This document shows positions 1-8,668 of a stretch of 20,000 nt of DNA, in pieces. Made by a program: the position numbers and the translations under genes. The notes beneath the pieces were generated by a model. It did no database searches, was not told the origin of the DNA, and saw only the letters and a program-made list of their open reading frames with translations. The stretch is from sequence record DRR723986_7384, one strand, 5' to 3'. Numbering within the stretch: the stretch's first letter is position 1; every line of letters begins with the position of its first letter.

Positions 1-80
1 GAGGCATAGTTTCTTGATCTGTATGGATTGGAATGGCAGGGAGTTAGCACGCAGAATCCGTGCGCATTCTAGAGATTTCC

Positions 81-108
81 TTGACAGGCCACTAGTTGTT
101 TGTACTCT
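81..108 (+). promoter_or_regulatory. Putative sigma70-type promoter for the riboswitch-led operon
   Basis: Perfect TTGACA at 81-86, a 16-nt spacer, then TACTCT at 103-108. It sits immediately upstream of the riboswitch P1 5' strand (~112-128), where a transcription start is expected. Confidence 0.6.
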
Positions 109-111
109 AGT

Positions 112-367
112 GGGCAGATCGTGGTGGTGAGTGCCTGATGCTTCAGGGCTCACGAACAGGGAACTCCGGTGAAATTCCGGGACGGACCGGCCGCTGTGAT
201 TTGCCGCACGTTGCTCTTTGTTTAATTGAGCATCGTTGTTCACGCTCCTTCTGGATGAAGTGTCATTGCCCCAAACACTTGGGGTGAGAAGACGTCGAGT
301 GTGAATAGGCAAAGAGTCAGAAGACCTACCACGCGTTTAGAGCATCTGCCCTCCTGGATTTTGGGGC
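112..367 (+). ncRNA. Cobalamin (B12) riboswitch, long class I/AdoCbl-like architecture
   Basis: Hallmark motifs are in order: AACAGGGAACTCCGGTGAAATTCCGGGACGGACCGGCCGCTGTGA (155-199), GTCATTG-hairpin(GCCCCAA/TTGGGGT)-GAGAAGAC (262-293), and B12 box GAGTCAGAAGACCTACC (314-330). Visible pairings: CGTGGT(120-125)/ACCACG(328-333), GTGAG(127-131)/CTCAC(149-153), TTTGCC(200-205)/GGCAAA(308-313), TTCACGCTC(239-247)/GAGTGTGAA(297-305). A possible P13 hairpin GCCC/GGGC lies at 348-367. Confidence 0.93.
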
Positions 368-443
368 TTGCGCTTGAGGGGTAATTCAATGTCGAATTGC
401 CTTCACCTCTAAAGCACTTTGGCACATCCTGGAACACGGCGTC

Positions 444-1232
444 ATGCGCTCACGGTCCGCATTTACCCTTGTGGAATTGCTCGTTGTCATTGCGATCATT
501 GGCATTCTTGTCGGCTTGTTACTGCCAGCGGTGCAGGCGGCTCGAGAAGCTGCTCGCAAGGTATCTTGCAAAAACAATCTTCGGCAAATGGGAATCGCCC
601 TCCACAACTATGAATCTGCCCACCGTTGCATGCCGACGGGATGCATTCAGTGGCGGCCCTTTGGCGGAAGCCCTTCACGCAAGCAATTTGCGTGGTCAGC
701 CCTTATCCTGCCGTTTCTCGAGCAAGGAAACCTACACGCCCAAATTAATTTCGGCGTTCCCTTTGATGCACCGGAGAACGCTGAGTCCGCAGCAAGACGG
801 TTGCAAGTCTACGAATGCCCAACTGCCGAAGACCGCGAGATGATTCGTGGAAGAACCGATTATGGAGGGCTGTTCGGCGAACGGATGCAGGACAACAAGC
901 CCGACGACGGAACCTTCCTCTACGAGACCAAGATCGAGTTCCGTGACATTCGCGACGGCCTCTCTCAGACTGCGTGCATTTCCGAGGACGTCGGTGGACC
1001 GAGCAGTGAGTGGATTAACGGTGCCAACGTCTTCGTTCAATCTGGCTCAATCAACGATCCAAACGTTTGGATTGGCGACAACGAAATTCGCTCCAAACAC
1101 ACTGGAGGCGCGATGATTCTGTTCGCGGACAGCCACGTGCACTTCATCTCCCAACACGTTGATCAACAGGTCTTAGGGGCCATCATTACTCGCGCCAGCG
1201 GTGAAGTTGTTAATGAGTCCGACTACAGATAA
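444..1232 (+). CDS. DUF1559 family prepilin-type N-terminal cleavage/methylation domain protein (262 aa)
   Basis: N-terminus [51 protein letters not shown]; internal [15 protein letters not shown] and [10 protein letters not shown]-terminal [14 protein letters not shown], an H-X9-DG-type motif here reading DS. Confidence 0.95.
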   Translation: MRSRSAFTLVELLVVIAIIGILVGLLLPAVQAAREAARKVSCKNNLRQMGIALHNYESAHRCMPTGCIQWRPFGGSPSRKQFAWSALILPFLEQGNLHAQINFGVPFDAPENAESAARRLQVYECPTAEDREMIRGRTDYGGLFGERMQDNKPDDGTFLYETKIEFRDIRDGLSQTACISEDVGGPSSEWINGANVFVQSGSINDPNVWIGDNEIRSKHTGGAMILFADSHVHFISQHVDQQVLGAIITRASGEVVNESDYR

Positions 1233-1284
1233 CAAAACCCTACACGCGAACAACACAAGACATCACACCAAGAAGACTACCAAC

Positions 1285-2178
1285 ATGAGAACCTCAATGC
1301 CTCGAACCACCTTCAGTCAAAGCTTGTGCAGCGGTTTAAGAGCCTGTTGCGCGATCGTCTTTTCCGCGTACCTTCTACCAGTCTGCAGCCAGGCGGCGGT
1401 AATTGACTTCGAAGATCTCACGGTCTTCAGCGGCACCAGCGGAACAAGCGACAATCAACCTGGCGGACAGTTTTACAACGGGGACACCGGTGCAACGAAC
1501 ACCGATGGTTTCTCCAGCGGTGGGATGTTCTTCAGCAATTCGTTTACTCAAACTGATACGTTTTCGTTTTGGAGTGGTTTTGCTTACTCCAACGTCGTCA
1601 ACAGCGTGACCTCTGGCTTCGGAAATCAATACGCTTCCGTGGCTGGTGGAGGAGCTGACGGGTCTGGCGGTGCATCAGCGGGCACAAACTACGGCTTGCT
1701 TTTTGGCGGTGGATTCCTGAATGTGCCTGTAAACCAAGAGCTCGCGTCGATGGAGATCACAAACACCACCTATGCTCACAATTCAATGCGCGATGGCGAC
1801 GGATTCGCGAAGCAGTTTGGTGGTCCAACCGGCTCCGACCCAGACTTCTTCCGACTCAACATCGTTGGCTTCAACGCTGAAGCCGGCGGTGGCGACATGG
1901 TCGGAAGCCTGCAAGTCTCACTGGCGGATTACACCTTCACGGACGACTCTCAAGACTTCATTCTCGATTCATGGACGAACGTCGACCTAACCAGCCTTGC
2001 CGGCGCACGCAGCCTGACGTTCTCGTTTGAGTCGAGCGATGTTGGCAACTTTGGAATCAACACGCCAAGATACTTTGCCGTCGACAACATCGCATTGACG
2101 GCCGTGCCAGAGCCCACGTCAATCTTTATGTTGGCATTCGCGTGTGCGACAACAGCCACGCGGCGAAGGAAAAGCTAG
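1285..2178 (+). CDS. DUF4465 (BtuJ-like) domain protein with signal peptide and C-terminal PEP-CTERM sorting signal
   Basis: The likely start is ATG 1285 (or 1297), because the 1201 start overlaps the upstream gene. The signal peptide ends at ...VCSQA|AVIDFEDL. DUF4465-type motifs: WSGFAYSN, NQYAS, ITNTTYA..SM.DGD.FAK.FGG, LADY, W..VDL.SL, SSD.G.FG.NTP.YFA.DN. The tail is VPEPTSIFMLAFACATTATRRRKS. Confidence 0.88.
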   Translation: MRTSMPRTTFSQSLCSGLRACCAIVFSAYLLPVCSQAAVIDFEDLTVFSGTSGTSDNQPGGQFYNGDTGATNTDGFSSGGMFFSNSFTQTDTFSFWSGFAYSNVVNSVTSGFGNQYASVAGGGADGSGGASAGTNYGLLFGGGFLNVPVNQELASMEITNTTYAHNSMRDGDGFAKQFGGPTGSDPDFFRLNIVGFNAEAGGGDMVGSLQVSLADYTFTDDSQDFILDSWTNVDLTSLAGARSLTFSFESSDVGNFGINTPRYFAVDNIALTAVPEPTSIFMLAFACATTATRRRKS

Positions 2179-2192
2179 TTCTGAAAAGCAGA

Positions 2193-3566
2193 CTACGCGG
2201 CGGAGCGATCCGCTGCTTTCGTAGCCGATAAACTGCCGCAGATGTTCAGCACCTGCTCAGCCGACTGCTTCCAGCTCGTCAACCTGCGCTGGGCAATCCT
2301 GGTCGGAGCCCCGGAGGATTTGGCGTCCTCCCACTGAACAAGTTGTTCAACCAGACTTTGCGGACCATCAAGAGCAAAGTAGGTGCAGTCCTGTTGCCCG
2401 ACTTCGCGATGGATTTTTGTGTCGCTGGCAAAGGTCTTCTGACCAAACCACAGCGATTCCACAATGGGCAATCCAAAGCCTTCAACGATTGATGGGAAGA
2501 TTACACCGCCAGCGTTGCGGTAGCAGTACTGCAGCTCTGCGTCGTCAAGATCGTTGAACAGAAACAGCTTCCGCCCGAATTCTTCATGCGCCCGGATTCG
2601 CTGGACGGTTGCGTCAGCTTTAGCGCCTAACCTACCGACCAACACAAGCTTTGCACCGGAGCCTTGCGTCCAGTGCTTTTCCATGGCGTCGAGCAGATAC
2701 TCGTGATTCTTTCGTGGATCAAACGAGGAAACGGTCAGGTACGGCGCGTCTCCCGTGAACACTTCCTGAACGTGCGAGCGGACTTCGCCATCGCAGTTGC
2801 TGAGTTCGCAACCAAGCTCAAATGGCTCGACGGCGGAACATAGCGTGGGATCGTTCTGCCCACGCAGAAACTCCACCAGATCATCTCGGACGGTCTTGGA
2901 GATCGTGAGCAGCAGGTCGGTACTACGAGCGCACTCGACTAGATATTTCTTAAAAGCGGTTGAGCGTTCTTTGCCGACGAACTGTGGGTGTGTCAGCGGG
3001 ATTAGATCGTAGATCACGCATGCAACGGTTGCTCCAGCGGCACGAGCGTCTTGAGCGGCTGGCCACACGGTGTCCTGAAGCTTGCTCACCCAGTAAGCGT
3101 CAGGCAGCAAGAACAGATCCCCAGGACCTGGCTGTACCGATTGACCGCTGGTCGCAATCTTTCTCTGCAGTCGACTTGCTTTGAAACTGTAGGGCAGCTT
3201 AAAAATGCCGAGATGCCCAGGTTCAGGCAACAGCCATTTCTGAAGTGCTTTGGAGCGGACCACCGAACACGCACTTGAAGCGAACGCCCGATACGCAAGA
3301 GATTGCTCTCGCAACACATCGTGCCGCAGGCTACCAAACCTTGCCAGGCTCTGACACTGCGCTGCAGTCAGTGAGACGAACTTCCCGTCGCTACTGATGA
3401 CTTGAGAATACTCAAACCGCTGACCTTCGGCGCTGAGCTGTTCAGTTTGCGCGGACAGATTGCGAACGACACGTTCGATTCCGGAATTTCGGCCAGAACC
3501 AAGCGTGTACGAAGCATCAACGAAGATGCGGTTGGTATTTTGGGCGTGAATTTTGGACCTGAGCAT
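2193..3566 (-). CDS. Glycosyltransferase family 4 (GT-B) protein, probably LPS/EPS biosynthesis
   Basis: SGIERVV N-terminal motif, IYDLIPLTHP, SSFDPRKNH, and FPSIVEGFGLPIVE (E-X7-E motif) followed by SD..IHREV. Confidence 0.92.
   Translation of the reverse strand: MLRSKIHAQNTNRIFVDASYTLGSGRNSGIERVVRNLSAQTEQLSAEGQRFEYSQVISSDGKFVSLTAAQCQSLARFGSLRHDVLREQSLAYRAFASSACSVVRSKALQKWLLPEPGHLGIFKLPYSFKASRLQRKIATSGQSVQPGPGDLFLLPDAYWVSKLQDTVWPAAQDARAAGATVACVIYDLIPLTHPQFVGKERSTAFKKYLVECARSTDLLLTISKTVRDDLVEFLRGQNDPTLCSAVEPFELGCELSNCDGEVRSHVQEVFTGDAPYLTVSSFDPRKNHEYLLDAMEKHWTQGSGAKLVLVGRLGAKADATVQRIRAHEEFGRKLFLFNDLDDAELQYCYRNAGGVIFPSIVEGFGLPIVESLWFGQKTFASDTKIHREVGQQDCTYFALDGPQSLVEQLVQWEDAKSSGAPTRIAQRRLTSWKQSAEQVLNICGSLSATKAADRSAA
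2197..2220 (+). terminator. Possible intrinsic terminator of the B12 operon, overlapping the 3' end of the convergent GT4 gene
   Basis: Stem GCGGCGGA / TCCGCTGC with a GCGA tetraloop, 18 nt after the stop at 2178. Only a short TTT tract follows. Confidence 0.35.
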
Positions 3567-3784
3567 CTGCTCTGTATGTTGATTCTTAAGAAGGGTTCGC
3601 CGGGCATATTGTCGACGCCGGATTGAACTTGTCTGCTGTCATCCGTACGCGGAGAGTGCCCGAACTAGGATCGTTGGATAGCAGATTCATCGATTCAATC
3701 AAAGGGCAGCCTGCACCAAAATCGAAGCGTCAACACAAATCCGCTATGCCTGCATTCGACCGCCGCGGATCCCATGTCCGGCAT

Positions 3785-3813
3785 TGGCCACTTCACCTCG
3801 TCTCCGATATAAC
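3785..3813 (+). promoter_or_regulatory. Possible sigma70-like promoter for the GT9 gene
   Basis: TGGCCA (3785-3790), a 17-nt spacer, then TATAAC (3808-3813), in the divergent intergenic region ~100 nt before ATG 3916. The match is weak. Confidence 0.25.
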
Positions 3814-3915
3814 CTATCTAGGCTAGCTTGCGTGTTTTTGCATTCAGCTCCCGCGTGAGCCCTTGGACTGTGCAGACGTCTCCCAGTATTCGAAGCGTGC
3901 AAAGGCAACTGCTCT

Positions 3916-4977
3916 ATGGATCGTATCGGCGTACTCTTACCCACTTGGATCGGTGATACGTGCATGGCAACGCCGATGATCCGCGCGCTCAGGAAGACTT
4001 TCCCAGACAGCCATTTGACGATTATTGGGCGGCCCATCCTTATCGAACTGCTTGCTGGAGCGACAGGGCCCAATGGCGGCAACCTGTTCGACGCCGCAAT
4101 TTCGTACAACAAGCGAGCTTCGTTTTCAAAGTTCAGCCTAGCGTTGCAGATGCGAAAACGACGTTTTGATTGCCTGCTGCTCGCCCCCAATGCTTTCTGG
4201 GCCGCCGCGGCAGCCAAGATCTCACTAGCACGCCGCACAGTGGGTTACGGTCGAGACGGTCGCTCATGGCTACTGACTGATCCCGTTCCAGTTGGCCAGA
4301 GTAAGTCACAACCTCAGATCCAGGCATACCTTGGCCTGTCGCACTGGCTCGGTTGCGATCAACATGACAAGGAAATGCTTCTGGGTATTACGCCGGATGA
4401 ATTCGATTTAGCTGCACGGCTCTGGGAAAAGCTGGCATGGCGTGACGACTGCCCAACACTCGTGATCAACAACAACACAGCACTGGATCGGAGAAGAGTC
4501 TGGCCAGCAGACCGAGTCGAGGCATTGGCCAGGCATGCGGAAGAAAAGGGCTGGCAGGTGCTACTGCATTGCGGTCCAGGCGAACGAAACGCGGCCGACG
4601 CAATTGCGGGCAGAATAGGAAATGAGCGTGTCGCAAGCATGGGTGCAGCGGGAGAGCTGCCGATCGGATTGACCAAGGCAGTGTTGGATCGTGCTAACCT
4701 GGTCCTCACCTCCGACAGTGGGCCTCGACATATCGCCGCCGCGCTGGGACGTCCAGTAGTTAGCCTGTTCGGACCGACAGAACCGGTCGCCACACAGACC
4801 TTCAATGCTCCCGAGACCCTGCTCCGACCCGAGGATGGGTCGGACAGTATGCAAGATATTTCGCTAGAGCGCGTCCTGGAAACGTTTGATCAGATCGCTC
4901 CTGGAATTTCGACGGACCCAACCGTCAAGCCTGATGGGCATCCCCAGCCTGACGGCCCAGAATTGAGAGCTTCTTAG
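3916..4977 (+). CDS. Glycosyltransferase family 9 (ADP-heptose:LPS heptosyltransferase, WaaF-like)
   Basis: PTWIGDTCMATPMIRALR N-terminus, R.WP motif, and LTSDSGPRHIAAALGRPVVSLFGPT, all typical of GT9. Confidence 0.92.
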   Translation: MDRIGVLLPTWIGDTCMATPMIRALRKTFPDSHLTIIGRPILIELLAGATGPNGGNLFDAAISYNKRASFSKFSLALQMRKRRFDCLLLAPNAFWAAAAAKISLARRTVGYGRDGRSWLLTDPVPVGQSKSQPQIQAYLGLSHWLGCDQHDKEMLLGITPDEFDLAARLWEKLAWRDDCPTLVINNNTALDRRRVWPADRVEALARHAEEKGWQVLLHCGPGERNAADAIAGRIGNERVASMGAAGELPIGLTKAVLDRANLVLTSDSGPRHIAAALGRPVVSLFGPTEPVATQTFNAPETLLRPEDGSDSMQDISLERVLETFDQIAPGISTDPTVKPDGHPQPDGPELRAS

Positions 4978-4985
4978 GCCTGCCT

Positions 4986-6278
4986 CTAGGCGAGAATTTC
5001 CTTGATGGGCGTACCATCGTTGCAAATCCGGAAAGGTCTGCCATTGGGCGCATAAAACTCTTCGTCGAGTGGAAGCCCCATTGCGGTCGCAATCGTCGCG
5101 TTTAGATCTTGCGGGTACACCGGATCGTCTTCTACACCATGCCCCTTGGCGTCACTGCTACCGTAGACGCTTCCGCCCTTGATGCCCGCGCCACACATCA
5201 TGGCAGAGAACACGCCTGGGTGATGGTCACGCCCCGCGTTTTCGTTGATCTTTGGGGTTCGTCCAAATTCAGTTGTCAGCACAACCAAGACCTCATCTAA
5301 CAATCCCTTGCTGTGCAGGTCTTTGATCAAAGCTCCAACGGCGTTGTCTACATTGGATACCATGCCCGGCAAGCGTCCGTAGAGATTGTCATGGTGATCC
5401 CACCCGCCATACTCAACCTCAACGAATCGCACACCCTTTTGCACCAAACGCCGCGCGAGCAGGCACCCCTGACCAATACGGTTCTCTCCGTAAAACTCTC
5501 TAACCGCGGGCTTTTCCTGCTTGATGTCAAACACTTTCAGCTCCGACGAACTCATCAGGCGGACAGCCTCCTTGTAGGTCTCGTCATACGCATCGATCAA
5601 ACTGGATTCGGTACTCGTTCGAAACTTTGCATCGAACTGCCGCGTGAGTGCCATTCGTTTGCGAAACTGATCTTCGGCAAGGTAGCTGGGGCCGGTTGTA
5701 TTCTGCAAACCGCTGGCAGGGTTGCTGACCGGTACGGGAGAAATCGATGCTGGCAGGAATCCCGCTCCAGGATGCTGTGCCCCACCTCCGACGGTAACGT
5801 TACCCGGCAAATTCCGATTGGCCTTGCCCAACACATGATTACTCCAAGCACCCATGCCGGGGTGGCGGATCGAGTTGAGCGGTTTATAACTCGTCCGCAT
5901 CATGTATTCACCTTGCTCATGCGCACCGGTCTCGGTGGTCATGGAGCGGATTAGAGCAAGGCCGTTCATCAAATAAGCCAGCTTGGGCATCTTGTCGTTG
6001 ATCGCTACGCCGGACAGACGAGTCTTGCCGGGCTGAGTTTCCCCCTGCGATTCGGTTCCCGGCTTGGGGTCGAAAGTGTCCAGGTGGCTCATCGCGCCAG
6101 TCATGTACAGGTAAATGACGCTCTTAGCTTTACCCGGTGAAACGCCGTTGGCCGCCATCGCAACGGGCTCGAGGGCGCGTCCTGTGAGTGTCCCCGCGCA
6201 TCCAACTCCGAGAAGAGTCTTGGCCGCATGCGCCATGAAGTTTCGGCGTGTCGGTTCTTGATGGTGCATCAGATGCAT
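4986..6278 (-). CDS. DUF1501 domain protein with twin-arginine (Tat) signal
   Basis: TRRNFM Tat motif, AKSVIYLYMTGAMSHLDTFDPKP, GQGCLLARRLVQKGVRFVEV, GGWDHH, TEFGRTPKIN, GRDHHP. The start could also be Met4 (6269). Confidence 0.93.
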   Translation of the reverse strand: MHLMHHQEPTRRNFMAHAAKTLLGVGCAGTLTGRALEPVAMAANGVSPGKAKSVIYLYMTGAMSHLDTFDPKPGTESQGETQPGKTRLSGVAINDKMPKLAYLMNGLALIRSMTTETGAHEQGEYMMRTSYKPLNSIRHPGMGAWSNHVLGKANRNLPGNVTVGGGAQHPGAGFLPASISPVPVSNPASGLQNTTGPSYLAEDQFRKRMALTRQFDAKFRTSTESSLIDAYDETYKEAVRLMSSSELKVFDIKQEKPAVREFYGENRIGQGCLLARRLVQKGVRFVEVEYGGWDHHDNLYGRLPGMVSNVDNAVGALIKDLHSKGLLDEVLVVLTTEFGRTPKINENAGRDHHPGVFSAMMCGAGIKGGSVYGSSDAKGHGVEDDPVYPQDLNATIATAMGLPLDEEFYAPNGRPFRICNDGTPIKEILA

Positions 6279-6336
6279 CCTCGTTGTTCTTGTTTAGCGG
6301 ACGGTCGTTTTCAAGCGGACAGAACGACGGTTTCAG

Positions 6337-8301
6337 TTACTGAATGAATAAGAATTCTCGGGTATTGATCAACGCCCAGACCACGTTGCCATAGCCCATT
6401 GCGGTGTCGCCACGCCCCAATTCCTTCAGCCCGATTTCACGATCACGATTCGTGGGCTGACGATTTAGAATGGACAAGAACATGACGTCCAGCGCGCCTC
6501 GTGACGTTCTGGCTCGCAGCAAGTTGTCGTAAATCACCGACCCCTTCTCGAGCATCATGTGTGTAAACGGCCCATTGAACATCGTCAAGATTTGTGGAAC
6601 CGTTGGGTCTGTGCTATCACCTTCGATCGTCTCGCGGTCGCCTTGTCCAAACTGGCGGAGAAAGTGATCGGGAGGAAGCGGCGACGGGAGCTCTGATGCA
6701 CGAATCAGTGCTTGGCGACGATACCCGACTGCTTTGTTCAGTAGTTTATTTCTAGCACCGGGGCTCACCTTTTCGTCAAACGTCTCCTTCTTCGCCTCAA
6801 GCTCGGAAGCAGAAACCTTGGCAAGATCAACATCGACGACTGAAGCCATCTCGTCGGTACTCGGCAACTCGGCTGCCATCGGGTTGTAGATCGCAATCGT
6901 CAGCACAGAATCCCAGACTTGTTCCGCAGTCATCCGGCGAAGCCGTGGGCCTGGGTAGTAATAAAACTCGGACTCAGATGGATCGAAATCACTCGACTTC
7001 CGATGATACGTTTTGGTGAAGTAAAGTGTCCTCAGGAATTCTCGCTGGTTGAACTTCAGCCGAATCATTTCCTTGGTCAGGAAGTCGAGAAGTTCGGGAT
7101 TCTGGCATGGGGAATCGTCCTTGATATCGTCAATTGGCTCAATCAGACCAACACCGAACACCTTCTTAAACAACCGATTGGCAATAGTCTTCGCGAACAA
7201 CGGATTGTTCGGAGCGGTCAGCCAGGCGGCATAGGCCTCGCGAGGCGATTTGTCTGCGGCTGCCTTAGGGATTTCACTCCACAGCACTTTAGCCTTCACT
7301 TTTTCGTTTGGCTTTCCATCACTGTACTGGTAATCATGCGGCAGCTTGAGAACACGCTTGGCATTGAACGAAACGTTATGCAAATTAGCTTGTGCAAGCA
7401 GATTCGCCGAACCGGGGAGCCGAGACTCGCCGGACATGTCCTTGAATTCCTTCTTAAGCCGTTCGATGGGGTTGCCGTCTTTAAAAGCCGGCGTTCCACC
7501 TCCGTCACGTGTTCGCGTTCCATGAGTGAATGCCGCCAACTGGTAGAACTCTTTCTGAGTCCACTTGTCAAAGGGATGATCGTGACACTGAGCACATCCA
7601 ATCTGGGTGCCTAGGAATACTCGCACGGTGTTATCGACGTGCACTAGAGGCATTCCATTGTCACGCATCGTGTAGCCAACCGCGGGCGACTCCCAGACTT
7701 TCCCTTCCGCGGTAAGCATCTCGTAAACCCATTTATCGTAGGGCCGATTCACGCGGATCTGATCCTTGACCCAATCCTTATACGGATAGGCAAGAATGTT
7801 GTTGGACGGACGATCCTTGATGCGAAGAATCGACGCCCAGTAGTTGTACATATGGCTAACGTGACCATAGCTACTAAGAAGAGTGTCGATCAGCCGCTCG
7901 CGTTTGTCGGACGCTTTGTCGGCTTTGAAAGCAAGCGTTTGCTGGAGCGTCGGAATGGTTCCTGCGATATCCAGGTAAGCTCGACGCACAAAAGTAAAGT
8001 CGTCGGCCATCGCGTTCGGCGCACCGCCTTGCTCGGAGAGCTTTGCTTCGATCAGAGCATCGATACGCTGCGCGGCCGATTTGCGATCAGCCGTACTACC
8101 AGACTCAACAGGAGTCACACGCGGCTTCCCTTGCGGAGCCGTCTTTACAGCTTCAGGCAAACCGTAGCCCTTGAACTTCTGACTTGGCAGCTTCTTTTTC
8201 TTCCCTTTCTGAGCCAATACGGGAGCCGCGGGAACAGCAAATAGAGCGATCAAGATGATTCGCAGGATCCTGGAGCCTTGTAAAATCTCAAGGAAGTTCA
8301 T
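6337..8301 (-). CDS. DUF1549/DUF1553 (PSCyt2/PSD1) Planctomycete-type protein with a CxxCH motif
   Basis: Signal peptide, FVRRAYLDIAGTIPT, NRPYDKWV, VFLGTQIGCAQCHDHPFDKWTQKEFYQLAAF, FAKTIANR..K.VFGVGLIEPIDD, RRMTAEQVWDS, WALINTREFLF. It lies in its usual position upstream of a DUF1501 gene. Confidence 0.93.
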   Translation of the reverse strand: MNFLEILQGSRILRIILIALFAVPAAPVLAQKGKKKKLPSQKFKGYGLPEAVKTAPQGKPRVTPVESGSTADRKSAAQRIDALIEAKLSEQGGAPNAMADDFTFVRRAYLDIAGTIPTLQQTLAFKADKASDKRERLIDTLLSSYGHVSHMYNYWASILRIKDRPSNNILAYPYKDWVKDQIRVNRPYDKWVYEMLTAEGKVWESPAVGYTMRDNGMPLVHVDNTVRVFLGTQIGCAQCHDHPFDKWTQKEFYQLAAFTHGTRTRDGGGTPAFKDGNPIERLKKEFKDMSGESRLPGSANLLAQANLHNVSFNAKRVLKLPHDYQYSDGKPNEKVKAKVLWSEIPKAAADKSPREAYAAWLTAPNNPLFAKTIANRLFKKVFGVGLIEPIDDIKDDSPCQNPELLDFLTKEMIRLKFNQREFLRTLYFTKTYHRKSSDFDPSESEFYYYPGPRLRRMTAEQVWDSVLTIAIYNPMAAELPSTDEMASVVDVDLAKVSASELEAKKETFDEKVSPGARNKLLNKAVGYRRQALIRASELPSPLPPDHFLRQFGQGDRETIEGDSTDPTVPQILTMFNGPFTHMMLEKGSVIYDNLLRARTSRGALDVMFLSILNRQPTNRDREIGLKELGRGDTAMGYGNVVWALINTREFLFIQ

Positions 8302-8668
8302 GCATTAGTCCTCGCCGGAAAAGCCATCGAACGCGTTTCACCCACCGAACTGGAGTTCAGCAAGCACGCAGTCGCTTCTCGCCCTTGGCCCTGCCAAGTA
8401 ACGAGCAGACACAACTCAGCCAGTGAATTTGAAGAAAAGAGATAAGCGAAAGTTTGGAAAAGACGGTCGAAAGCATCAACCGCGGCGACGTCGCGTGCCA
8501 AGGCCGCGCGTATCCCGCCTATCATAAAGCGTAACCGCCAAGTGCAATGTACTCAACGTTCATACGCTCTTTACGCGCATTCTGACGCCAATGACATGCA
8601 ACTTAAGGTCAAAATCCCAACCATTGTGGTTTCCCCATGCCCAATTCCTAACACGCTGAGAGCTCAAC

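Noticed and set aside
1-60. Possible start of a divergent minus-strand gene (CAT at 5-7)
   Set aside because: Only two codons lie inside the window, so it cannot be supported.
240-843. ORFs 240..437(-), 386..607(-), 397..843(+) and 419..613(+)
   Set aside because: They overlap the riboswitch or the DUF1559 gene in other frames and have no recognisable motifs.
1201-1284. N-terminal extension of the DUF4465 ORF from GTG 1201
   Set aside because: It overlaps the upstream gene and translates an A/C-rich spacer; the signal peptide fits a start at 1285 or 1297.
4928-4960. Short duplication encoding PDGHPQPDGPE at the GT9 C-terminus
   Set aside because: Only two imperfect copies in a disordered tail, with no sign of function.
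5313-7614. Long plus-strand ORFs 5313..5954 and 6919..7614
   Set aside because: They are antisense shadows of the well-supported DUF1501 and DUF1549/1553 genes, with no protein motifs.
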